A program made the position numbers and the translations under genes. The notes beneath the pieces were generated by a model. That model had not been told where the DNA came from. It ran no database searches and was given only the letters and a program-made list of their open reading frames with translations. 64,000 nt of DNA from Bugula neritina (taxonomy: Eukaryota; Animalia; Bryozoa): NCBI GenBank assembly GCA_964035545.1, contig OZ037767.1, positions 30,148,628 through 30,212,627 on the forward strand, written 5' to 3'. Below, piece after piece: positions 52,601-64,000 of the stretch (its first letter is position 1; each line of letters opens with the position of its first letter).

Positions 52601-53960
52601 ATTATAAGTTTAATAAACTTCAGATTTTAATCATTAAATTTAATGCTAAAATCGAATTGCTAATCTTGAATCTAAGACTAATGCCAATGGTAATAGTTGT
52701 TCTCTTATCGGTTTTTTTGTGATACTGGTTGATAACATGTTCAACTTTATATTTAAATTACTACGATAATCGTATTTTTTAGTTTAGCTTTCAGTTACCA
52801 ACTCTTACATGTACGTGTACTACTACCACCACTAATACTATAACACTAACAAGTGAACTTCAGTATGAGTATAAATATAACTTTCTTTCTTCGTAAGTTA
52901 GGATTTCAGTTCTTTGTCTATGCTGGCTCAAATTCAACATAAATATTTTCAAGTTGGACAAGCTAACTTAGTCTGCAGTTGATTAAACGCCTTTATACTT
53001 TAGCTTTGGTTTTCCCAAATATCTAATTAATGGATGACTGTAAACTATTAAGTTGACTGTCCAAAATTCCATTTAAATTTAAATTTATTTTGGAGGTACT
53101 GCTACTATTGCGAACTACATTTATTTTCATGTTAAAAGCTATTGGTAGGTGTTATAATATTAAGTAGGTGTACAGCTTTAATCACCAAATGCAATTACAA
53201 TAATACAATGCTCTTTACTTGATGAGAATATAACCCAAGATAATCTAACTTGCAATGCAAACCATTAAGCTTAGCAAGCAGGGCATAATAATAATCATTA
53301 TAGCTGTGTCTCCTCCACTAGATTAAGGGGCTAGGGTTTGCAATGCCTACCCATATTTGTATTCTGGGTTGAATGTGGCTATCGCTTTGATGTAGCTTCA
53401 CTCACAGTCTCTATAACTGTTACTTGTAGAACTGTAATAAGGGGTTTTGGGTAGCAACCTTAAAATTCTAGGCTGTTGTGGTAATATTATAAGGCGTAGT
53501 AATGCTACATCACACCAAATATCAAGTTTCTAAGCGAATATATACGAGATTTTATCAAGAACGAAAACCATTTGCATTGTTTGGAACTCTTTAAATGTAC
53601 AGTTCCCAATTTATCATACATATTTGTGTGATACTTGCACAGTGCTATTTTAGTACTTGTATAGTGTTATTTTAGTACTTGTATAGTGCTATTTTAGTAC
53701 TTGTATAGCAGGTACTTGTGCTCTGTATTCATTTAGGCATTTAGTGTCACACAATTATTGTATTGAACTGCTGAATGAGAAAATGAATGCAAGCCAAAAT
53801 ATTGCTCAGTAAAAATCAATTCACTAATCAGACTATGAGCAGAACAAAAGACCCAGGCCCAGTCTAGCTGGGCTGCTGTAGGGACATGCAGTGCAGTAGA
53901 GTGTGTGCAGTAAAGTATGTGTTTAGTTGTAGGTATTCCGTCCAGCGCCCATGTCCAAAT

Positions 53961-56900
53961 ATGGCCTACACCAGCAAGTTACGAGCCAGCACCAGGCACC
54001 AAGTTGCTGTCGTAAAACCTGTGCGGAGAGGTCTACGGAAACGGCAGCCATCAATGAGATATGCGGAAAAAGAATATCAGATGGTGCCTGATGAAGTGTG
54101 AGTACATGTTGGTTGTTGTCACCAATTGACTGTGACTGACAAGTGCCCCATGTGATTCACACTTTTCAAGTTGCTGAACTTTTTCAGGCATGTCACTGCT
54201 ACACTGATGTCGTAAATATATTATGATATCACAGGCATACAAGAGTTCAGCCCAACTGGCTGCTAGAGTACAATACTGTTGTGACATCTTAGCTCCTACA
54301 ATCGTCACTGTTTTGTCATACACTTCAAGTGCCACAGTAAACACTGCTTTGTTTCGACTTGGGATATCACTGGAATACAGTTGTGCAGTGACTTTGCCTT
54401 CAGCTATATGCTATTAGCTGCTGCGTGCTAGGAAATAGGGCAGTAATTGATTGCACTTTGCTTGCAGACTTCAACTAGGCCGCTAGTGGCACAAGCCCTG
54501 CTGGTTTAATGTAAATAGTCCAACTACTAACAACTTTATTGTTATCTTTATAATTCCCCTGCCTCCCACTCCACTAACTGTACGTAGAAGTTGCTGTCTC
54601 ACATCCTGAGGGTATTCAACCCTCGACAATTTCCAGGATGTACTTGGGATACTTAGTCTATGGTAGTTGTTCCTCTGTGGGTGTGTCTTATACCTTGTCT
54701 CTGTTGCAGTGCTAATTACCTTTCTGATAGAGATGGGGAGACTGATGAAGAAATATCCTTCTCATTTCGCAACATTCCAAGCAACCAATCATATGTATGT
54801 ACTTCTAGTTAGTGTATTATTAGTATGTGTAGTCTCTATTGTATGTACATGTAAGTACATGACCATCCTGGGTTGTCATATTTACTAGAATGTAGGTATT
54901 TACATGTGAGTAGATGAGTATAAAGTTTCCGGAACTGTAACTCGGCACAAAAATGTCCATTATTCCGTAAGTGTGGGTATATCAGGTAGGAAAGGGAAAA
55001 CGCACTAACCCGTGATCAACATAGTAGTAGTAATATACCAGGAACTTGTCTCCCCCATAATTCCTCAGGTGAGTGGCATTGCCAACATGACTTGCCTACC
55101 TGCCGTGTAGCTAGAGCTAATGAAAGTTCAAGAGCACTCCCAGGGTTGGGTAGTATATATGGCTATGATGATGGATCCAGGCCTTTATATTTTGGTCTTG
55201 AAAGAAAATTAAGGGGAGTAGCTATGTTTAGAGTAAAAACTTCAAATTATCACAAAATGTATGGGGGGTTTCTACAGGCTCCCCACTTTGCTACTTTATT
55301 AATATACATGCTAGGCTTCCACTATCTACTACTATTACACTGTATTATTACACTGTACTATTACACTGTATTATTACACTGTACTATTACACTGTATTAT
55401 TATACTGTATTATTATACTGTATTATTACACTGCATTATTACACTGTACTATTACACTGTATTATTACACTGTACTATTACACTGTATTATTACACTGTA
55501 TTATTACACTGTATTATTATACTGTACTATTATACTGTACTATTACACTGTATTATTACACTGTATTATTACACTGTATTATTATACTGTACTATTACAC
55601 TGTATTATTATACTGTATTATTACACTGTATTATTATACTGTATTATTATACTGTATTATTATACTGTATTATTACACTGTACTATTACACTGTATTATT
55701 ACACTGTATTATTATACTGTATTATTACACTGTATTATAACACTGTACTATTACACTGTATTATTACACTGTATTATTACACTGTATTATTATACTGTAT
55801 TATTACACTGTATTATTACACTGTATTATTACACTGTATTATTATACTGTACTATTACACCGTATTATTATACTGTACTATTACACTGTATTATTACACT
55901 GTATTATTATACTGTATTATTATACTGTATAATAGTAAGCAAAAAAAGTGGCATGCTGCAAGCAAATCAAATTTTGTGTTATAGAACTGCAAGCCAATGA
56001 AATGTTGTGTTGCAGAATTGTAAACCAAAAACTGGAGGGAAGCGAGCCACCCTCCGACAGAGCTCAATAGACAGCTCTGGCCGTCTGTCTGTTCTCTCTG
56101 TTGAGTCATACGACAGCGGAGTTGGCAGCAAATCTGATGATGATCTTGCCTGCCTGACAAATTCTCCAGAAAAGTTGACATCAAAAAAGCCAATAACAAT
56201 AGAGGTGAGGTCTCCAGAAAGCAGTGGCGTTATAGAGTTGATTGACACTGGGGATGACTGTTTCATTGGGTACTTTAAACCCCAGGAATCACTCTCGACC
56301 ACGCCTGCTACGCCTGCTACTCCTGCTGCGTCTACGGGTGGGGGAAGCAGTTGTAAGGTCTCCACTCAGACTAACAGTTCTGGCAGACTGAGACGCTCTG
56401 TGAGTGCATCTGTGAGTGAAGACTCGTGTGACTCAGCCTTCCATGGCCAGAAAGATTCGTCTAGACCATCCATCGACCTAACCGTACTGAAACCTAAAAC
56501 AGACACAAAATCCAAAGTACAAATAACTAGAACATTGACCCATAAACGTAAGCCTAGCAAAACTGATCTATTGTCGAGTGGTAGAGCTGAGGCAAGATCT
56601 AAGAAAGACCGGACAGTGGCGCTGAGACGGTCCAACAGAAATGTTCTGTCAAACAGAGAAGTGCGTTCCAAACAACCTCCCACTGCAGCCTCCTCGCCAC
56701 CTAGTAGGCGCACGCGATCTCGCGTATCCACGAATGAACTTCAGCTTTCGAAAGCAAAACCCTCCCCGGGAAAATCTGCTCTCCGCCGGATACAGCATCA
56801 CAACAGAAGCCCCGAGAGACCTTCTGAATCATTTGCTTCGGCTAGCCGGCATTGCCGTACTCGATCTCATGTAAAATCCTTACGAAATGAACTGCTAACC

Positions 56901-59900
56901 ACTTCTCCCAGCAAACCATCATTACGTAGTCTGAACTTCTCTACACCGACCAAAGCATCTGCAGATATTGGACTAAAGGAGCAGAAAGACAGTGCAGATG
57001 GAAATATAAGCACCGTAAAGGATTGTGATACAAATGGCATGTTGAACGGGGACAGGAAACAGGATCCCCCAGTAAAGTCTGCGTGCCAGTGGAGGTAAGC
57101 TATATAGAGTAGAGTAGACTAGAGTAATATGTGCTTCCTCAGTCATTCAGAAATAATCACCAAGTTGTCTGTACAATAATTAATTATATAGTGTCCAGGA
57201 TGAATGAATACACTGCCTGGCATGCAGTTGTTATGTCACACAGAGCAGTGAGGATTGGGGCTGGAGAAATTATTGTGAACCTCTAAATACAATTCATTAT
57301 ATTTTTGTAAAAGTGGCCTCTAACTGCTTCCATTTCAGTAGCCTTAGGTTTCCTAGAAACTGTGCTGGTTTGGGGCATCTTAAGTGTGTCTCTTTGTTCC
57401 TGGTGTTTCCTATAGAGGGAGTTCTCCAGGTGTTAGGAAGATGTTATACATCTCAACAGTCTCATTAGTTATTGTGTAATTTAGGTTTTACCTCTTCTTA
57501 TAGCACTCATTGTTTGTGGTGTGAAGGAAATTACTCTTTGTCTACTTGAAAAAGTCTTGTGAAAACTTTTCCTTTAGTAAACATGCTAAATAATGATCAG
57601 AGAGTATTTATATATTACACAGCATGCTTCCCTGCTCAACCAGTGCCATTTCATGGTGTAGTTTGTAGTTAGCTAACGAAATTTTACGGTATAGGCTGTT
57701 GGGTTTTATGCTGAATTTTTTGCTGTTAAGGGAGCTAAGAATGTACATCGCAAGTCTTCTAAATGTTTCTACTTTTACTCACATACCTGGTTTAAATAGT
57801 CTTGGATATTACATCTTTGATGAAGCTAGCAGGGTGAGAGAGTCTAACGGTGCTGGGGGCTAGCAGGGTGAGGGGGAGCTAGCAGGGTGAGGGGGAGCTA
57901 GCAGGGTGAGGGAGGCTAGCAGGGTGAGGGAGGGCTAATGGTGCTGGGGGTAGTAAGCTGTATTATAATTAATGAAACTAGAAAGAGTCCAGGGAAATAT
58001 CGGCCATTTTCATACAGTGCTGTTACCAGGCAGCACTGTTTCCTGTTAGTGAGTCCCATATTAACTGAAAGCCCGGCTACAATAGTTTATCACAACCAGT
58101 TTTATCAGATAACACAAGGTTTCCAAGAACCTGCTCGTAGTACTCTAATAGTAGTAACTCTACAGTCTACAATTCACCTGATACGTGCAGCTACTGATGT
58201 GGTTTTAGACTGACATGCATGTCATATCTTGAGGTTGTGTGGTTTGTCTTCAACGTTGATGGTTGGTCAGACTATAACAGTAAAATCTGCCTTAAGTTTC
58301 ATAGGTCGAAGATCAATTGAACAGCCACTGAAATACTGAAGCATGCTTTTTCATTTGTGCCAATTCCTCTCACTCTTGCTCCACAAGTTAGAGTAGTAAT
58401 TATACACTTTCTTTGTGTTTCAGTTTCATTGAGAACAGAAATGCCTGTACCAGTGAATTATGTAGCTCCTTTGTATTAGAAATTGGGACCAAAACATGAA
58501 ATGCCTGCGCTGTGTGTTTTCAGTTACACAAGAGATTTTCATGAAAGTCATCAGCAAATATCGCTGGCTTCCCAAAGATGTGCCAATCTGGCCACAAGTT
58601 TTAATGTCTAGCTCTCTTGTGCCTTCAATAAACAATGAATTAACTTCATGGTACTCCTGTGGTGTTAGTTGACTTAAAAGACTTTTAGTTTCAAGCTTGT
58701 TTTTGACTGTTGAACTGTAACTTATATAGCACTTTCTTAGGACAAGTAGACTTGGGCCAAAGGTTTATGAACCTAAAAACATTAGAAATCAAATGCAACA
58801 GTGAAACTGTAACTTCTATCTGCTGCAGTTAGTTTCACTGATTCTTCTTCGCAAAATGAAATTTTAATGAAATTGAGAATGTGCCAATTTTCAAAAATGG
58901 AATAGCTATTTTGGTGAAATGAAGGAAGTCTCATTCACATGGACATTCCTTTGAAGTGAATCTATCAATTTCTAATACTTTTGTTCTCTTCAGACAATAA
59001 ATTGGCATTCTTATTCACATGTACTGAATATGCTCTCCACTAATAGGCAAAGTGATTTTGCCTCATCATTTCCTACCTCCAAGTAACGAGATCTTGTGTT
59101 ACTTCAGGTTCTGCAAGGCAGTTGTGTCCCCCGCTGATTTAGCTGATCACATTGAGAGGCTGCATGTAGCATCACAGAGAAGGAACAGCAAGGCTTACAA
59201 GTGCTTCTGGGAAGGGTGTAAGGTGAGCTGTGTACCCTCTACTAAACAATCTAGTGCCAGGGGCTCACCCCCCCCCCCCCCCCCGTACTAACCAGTCCAG
59301 TGCGAGGGGCTCACCCCCCCCCCTACTAACCAGTCCAGTGCCAGGGGCTCACCCCCCCCCCCCTACTAACCAATCAAATGGCAGAGGATCTGCCAGCTAA
59401 CTATTGATTATATGCATCTGGGAAGAGTATTTTGGAAGCAGGAAATCCATTTGATCGGTGCTGAGGTTTTTCTATTGAAGCATTTAGTATGGAATAATTG
59501 CCACAATAATTTGCCTTACAAGTAGATTAACAACATTAGTAGGTTCGGTGAGTGCTTCGCATGCCTGCCTTTCTGCCTCACCTCGCCAATTGATCAGGCA
59601 GACAAACAGACAGACACAGTCCCATAATGCAATTCTTTATTCTAAAAGCTGTTGAAATAGAATACAAGCGTGTAAAGATCTTTTGTCCTTGACTAGAATG
59701 TAGACTAAAGAACGTTTCTAGTTTGCAGAAAGTAGGAGGGGGGGGGGTAGGGGGGCACCCAACTGCCAGAACACCTACTGGCAGTAATTGTCTGACCAAC
59801 TTAATGCTTCTGCAGTTAAATATTGCAAGTGTTTGCTGTCACAGTATGCATACCTCTGGTCTGATTAAGGTACCATTTGTTACCTTCTTGATGTGTCCAG

Positions 59901-61650
59901 GGCTTGCAATACTGTCTGCAGTGAGGTTGATTATATAGCCCTGCTTGTCATGGCACTACCTCTTTTAGACTCCTCAGTAAATTATTGGGAAATAATAGCT
60001 CCTACAATCAGGCCTTCTGCTAACCACCATCCTTTGGTTGTCCCAGACTCGAATATTTGACCTACTTGTTTGAATTGAGAGCATAGAAGATGGATATTTT
60101 AAAATTTATTTCTTATTACAATTGCTGAAGAAGGGTGTCTCACTCTCTTGCTATTTCTTACCGAAGAATCTCATTTACTCTGCGAATCTCTCTTATTGAG
60201 GGGAACGTTTAGTCTTCCCCCTCTCTACTACTCTACTACTCTGTTACCCCCACCCCGCCCCCTCTCTACTACTCTACTACTCTGTTACCCCCACCCCGCC
60301 CCCTCTCTACTACTCTGTTACCCCCACCCCCTCCCTCACTTATCACAATATCCTCCTGCTGCTGCTAGAGTTAAGGTGAAATATGATATTCTCATCTTTC
60401 TATAGTCTATAACCTATTATACATATAACATAGTTAGCATATAACCAGCTAGTATGTAACTTCACTTTCAGGTGTATGGCAGCGTTGCCAAGTCTATCAT
60501 ATGGCTGGAAGGTCACGTGAAGAAGCACCTGGGTCCCCGCCCTCACCACTGTTTCTTCCCTCACTGCTCAGCCAGCTTCTCCTCCCAGGAGCTGCTCCAG
60601 CGTCACGTCGGCTCCCATATTGACCAGACTCCGCCCATCAAGGCAGCTAAGAAGTGCGTCGCTGCCGGCAGGAAGATGGAGAAGAAGAGCATGCGGCGAC
60701 TGAGGGGGACTGAGAAATGTATTCGTAAGTAGACTACTAGAATGTTCTACTAGACTGTTGGAGTCATCGTATTTCATGTATTACACAATGTTACACTGCA
60801 ACTGTAACCCTATCATGTGGTTCACTGAATTTAGGTCCCTCTTGTAGCTAATTGATCAAATCTTGTGAAGTGAAGCATTCCATGCAATGAATGAAATTCC
60901 TGAATTTTCTAAATGATTATTGTGTCTTGTTAGATTAACTGTCATTTCGCAATCTTAGCTCTACGTGTCATTCTTAACAAGTAATGTGAAAGTGTTGCCC
61001 TCCTTGATTCACCTTTCCTATACCACCGCCATATACCACCGCCAGATGCCGGTACAGATTGCAGTGCATAGCCTTAGGCACCATCATTAGACTCTGGTGT
61101 CTGTTTATGGCAGATGTTGCAGCTGGTTCCCTGAGACACTCAACTTCTCAGTATTTGTAATATTGTGACACTCTTTCTCAAACTGAATAGTGTTTTGAAG
61201 GAGGGAAGCAGCAGTAACCCATGTGGATATTGTGAGGTGTAAAGTGCAATTTTTAAAAGAATAAATATGCTGGGCAGAATTGGGTGAATTTTCTGAACTC
61301 AAAAGAAATAAACAGTTTTTTAATATTAAAATTCCAAATTACAAAGGACACTATGAAATGCTTTTTTTATTTAAAGTTGCTACAAAATAAAGAAGGTAGG
61401 GTCAACTGTGGTATGGAGAGTGAATAGGATTATGTTTATTCTATCATAGTGACTCTCACTAGGAATCTGACCCGGTGAATGGCTGAATGTTATCAGTACT
61501 GTGACTTCATTATTTTACCTTTTAGCTAAAAGAGCTGACTACTTCACTTCCTCTATATTAGAAGCCATCAAGTGGGAGTACAAGATGTTGAATGAGAAGT
61601 GGCACCACATACTCACTGAAGAAAAAGACGCCTTTAGAGTTCGCGGCCAG
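53961..61650 (+). CDS. AEBP2: AEBP2/jing-like C2H2 zinc-finger protein (PRC2.2 cofactor), 3'-incomplete; exons ~53961-54097, 54710-54794, 56016-57094, 59108-59222, 60472-60724, 61526-61650
   Basis: CQWRFCKAVVSPADLADHIERLHV..YKCFWEGCK|VYGSVAKSIIWLEGHVKKHLGPRPHHCFFPHCSASFSSQELLQRHVGSH, then a K/R-rich patch and ADYFTSSILEAIK, matching AEBP2 architecture. Long S/K/R-rich N-terminus. Splice phases are consistent. The start codon is inferred and the last exons were not found in the window. Confidence 0.85.
55325..55932. repeat. 13-bp minisatellite (ACACTGTATTATT), ~46 copies, upstream of an AEBP2 acceptor
   Basis: Directly visible; source of the TLYYYTVLLHCII ORF. Confidence 0.96.
57825..57950. 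repeat. ~18-bp G-rich repeat (GCTAGCAGGGTGAGGGGGA)
   Basis: About 5 imperfect copies. Confidence 0.85.
59238..59375. repeat. ~38-bp repeat with variable poly-C (TACTAACCAGTCCAGTGCCAGGGGCTCACCCn) x3 just after an AEBP2 donor
   Basis: Directly visible. Confidence 0.85.
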
Positions 61651-61659
61651 GTAAGTGAT

Positions 61660-61850
61660 TGTGTGTAGCCCTAGACCTTAGTGTGTGTAGCCCTAGACCC
61701 TAGTGTGTGTAGCCCTAGACCCTAGTGTGTGTAGCCCTAGTCCCTAGTGTGTGTAGCCCTAGACCCTAGTGTGTGTAGCCCTAGACCCTAGTGTGTGTAG
61801 CCCTGGACCCTAGTGTGTGTAGCCCTAGTCCCTAGTGTGTGTAGCCTTAG
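61660..61850. repeat. 22-bp minisatellite (GTGTGTGTAGCCCTAGACCCTA), ~8-9 copies, just after an AEBP2 donor
   Basis: Directly visible. Confidence 0.93.
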
Positions 61851-62344
61851 TATAAACACCTATATCTTTATAACTACTTTCCATCACATCAGATGTGAGA
61901 GAAAAGTTAGACCATACAGAGAAATACTTCTTTAGGTGGTAAATGTTCTCTTACAGCTCTTGTGGTCAGAAAGTAAGCTGAGGTGTCTTTTAGAGGTAAT
62001 TGACCTTTAGTGATGCCCAATTTAAGATCAAGTTGTCAGAAGTGAGACTGAAAGTCACAACACAAAGTGTTCCCAGTTCCAAGGCTATAACTAATAGGGA
62101 AATGCTAATGAATTCACTAGCGATATGATATCAAATGCCAGTTATTTATGATTGTGTTACCAAAATAGTACAAGTTTATCAAATTAAAATTACTGAATAT
62201 TTCAAGACCAAACAATGTGTGAATAACTGTGTATGTCACATACTGATGCAGCCATTGTATTTAAATCTACATAACTGGGAGAAACTACTGAACAGCTGTT
62301 TGAATAGTTAATAGAGTGTGTAGAGAGAGCGCTTATGCCCATGA

Positions 62345-63116
62345 CACACTACAGTCGAAACTCGACTGTGGCGGCCATTTTGGAGCTGCTCGCGCATACC
62401 TTCAACGTCACGTCCTACTTTTTGCTGGTCACACTACAGTTCACTACGAACGATGAAAGCTAACTGTCTCTAGTTTCGCAGTAAACTTTTAAACCAATAG
62501 GAATGCCATAAACCAGTTTCTGCAGTATCCACAGTAACCAACAATTAAATTTAGCGCAATTTTTTTAGATTTACTAGCATAATTTAATAAGATTTTCTAG
62601 TTATTTTTATTCTAATTTACTAGCTTCAATTATTCAAAATTACTAGCTTTATTTAATGATATTACTTAGCTTTATTCAAGCTCATTCACTAGCCTAAAGA
62701 ACTAAATAGTACGCTAATAAAATTCAACCAAATTAGAAAAACTAAATATGCAGATAAAATTCAGCAAAATTTATCTAATGAATACTTATTTTCATGATTT
62801 ATTGAAACTTTCATACATAACTTCATCATAATTATTTTAAAAGTAAATTAATATAATTTTCGAAGAACCAAATCAAATAATAATGCTGGCTAGTAGCACG
62901 TGGAAAAAGTAAAAGCACTTAACCAATCAGGGTTTACCTGGCCAGTCAGTGATTGGCTGATCGCTCAACTTCAGCGATGACAGTTCAACATGTCGAACTT
63001 TCATCGCATCGCTAAAAACTGACAGTTGCGTTCAGAAATCAGACAGTTGTGACGTCACAGAGGTCAACGCTTAGCCTCGAAAACGCGTTCAAGATGGCCG
63101 TTTCGACTGTAGTGTG
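62345..63116. mobile_element. Putative non-autonomous DNA transposon (MITE-like) with CACTA-type terminal inverted repeats
   Basis: CACACTACAGTCGAAAC (62345-62361) is the reverse complement of GTTTCGACTGTAGTGTG (63100-63116); further pairing CGGCCATTTTG / CAAGATGGCCG; CpG-rich subtermini around an AT-rich core; no TSD identified. Confidence 0.55.
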
Positions 63117-64000
63117 GCAGCCCCATTACAGAGAGTGGGGAGGGAGTGCGTACAGAGAGTGGGGAGGGAGTGGGGGGGGGGGGACATAGGGGGACTGTCA
63201 GTGTAACCTGTAGTCCCCTACTGTACAATACAAACTGTGAATTCTCCAGTACCAGACTGACTTACAACGGTGATATCAAAAAATAAAAACTAACTGCATT
63301 TTAATTACCTTTAAAGATTTGATTAATTATTATTATAGATAAGGTATTTCCGTAAAAGGCATAACTTTCATGTTCTATCAAATCACACTGGGTTACAGCT
63401 ACATTCTTGTATTTATAAACTTCAGGTCGAGTGATAATCTGTTTTTCTGCCTTAAACGAGGAGAAATTGTCACTGGATTGTAATTCTTTTCTGACTAGAA
63501 ATTATCTTTGTTAGCCAAAACATGGCCTGAAATTTGCATTTAGCTCTGTTTTGTAACAAACTGATAATTTAAATTTAAAAAAGATATCTCTGATTCAGTC
63601 ATGTTGGGTGATTGTATAAATGGTGGCACTTTGACAAATATCTGCTATTGAACTTGTTATGTCATATAATTGATAACATGACCACTTCTACGTGACGTAT
63701 TGTTGGCTATACATGAACTATGTACTGAAACCGGGATACTATTACAATACTCTCATTATAATCTTGTCAATCCTATATCATTGCTCTCCGGAAGGAAATG
63801 TAGTAAAGTGTTAGTAATAGTAGATTATAATAAATTAGCAATCAAAAGTCTAGTTTAACTTGAGTCACCACTGATAATATTTGTCATAGACTTAGAGTCA
63901 ATATTTGTAGTAGACTTAGAGTCAATATCTGTCATAGAAATCAGTGTATAATTTGATACTAGGTCACTACTCAATTTCACATTCAAACTTGAAGACTAAT

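Noticed and set aside
54896-54905. 10-nt AEBP2 microexon (TAG|GTATTTACAT|GTGAGT) that would fix the reading frame
   Set aside because: The 85-nt exon at 54710-54794 has a much better acceptor and already reconciles the phases.
55092-56000. 302-aa ORF rich in Y/C/I/T/L
   Set aside because: Translation of the 13-bp minisatellite within an AEBP2 intron.
61936-63432. Candidate terminal AEBP2 exons (61936 VVNVLLQLLWSE; 63339 IRYFRKRH)
   Set aside because: Neither matches the conserved AEBP2 C-terminus convincingly; the gene probably continues beyond the window.

Overview
AT-rich, intron-containing genomic DNA from an invertebrate animal (species not determinable from sequence alone). Gene order: the 3' end of an ARHGAP1/8-type RhoGAP (+); a complete multi-exon mTOR gene (-, 2229-29087); an intronless UBIAD1 CDS (+, head-to-head with mTOR as in human); a multi-exon type II membrane M28B/PSMA-like protein that appears catalytically dead (-); BCAS2/SPF27 (-); and a 3'-incomplete AEBP2/jing zinc-finger gene (+). 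Three observations stand out. (1) One mTOR intron has a (TA)n tract holding a fold-back Penelope-like element fragment (GIY-YIG endonuclease end, two 497-bp inverted arms). Each arm has a type I hammerhead ribozyme motif, one of them on the mTOR pre-mRNA strand, and next to it lies a 68-bp-arm palindrome made from half of a different hammerhead. (2) Many intronic minisatellites are anchored at splice junctions, and several repeat units are copies of the junction itself; one mTOR intron consists entirely of seven 26-29 nt units ending in CAG, five of them starting with GT. (3) The mTOR-UBIAD1 microsynteny appears to be deeply conserved. Most long ORFs in the supplied track that are not exons are translations of tandem repeats. 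Exon boundaries were read by eye and may be off by a few bases.
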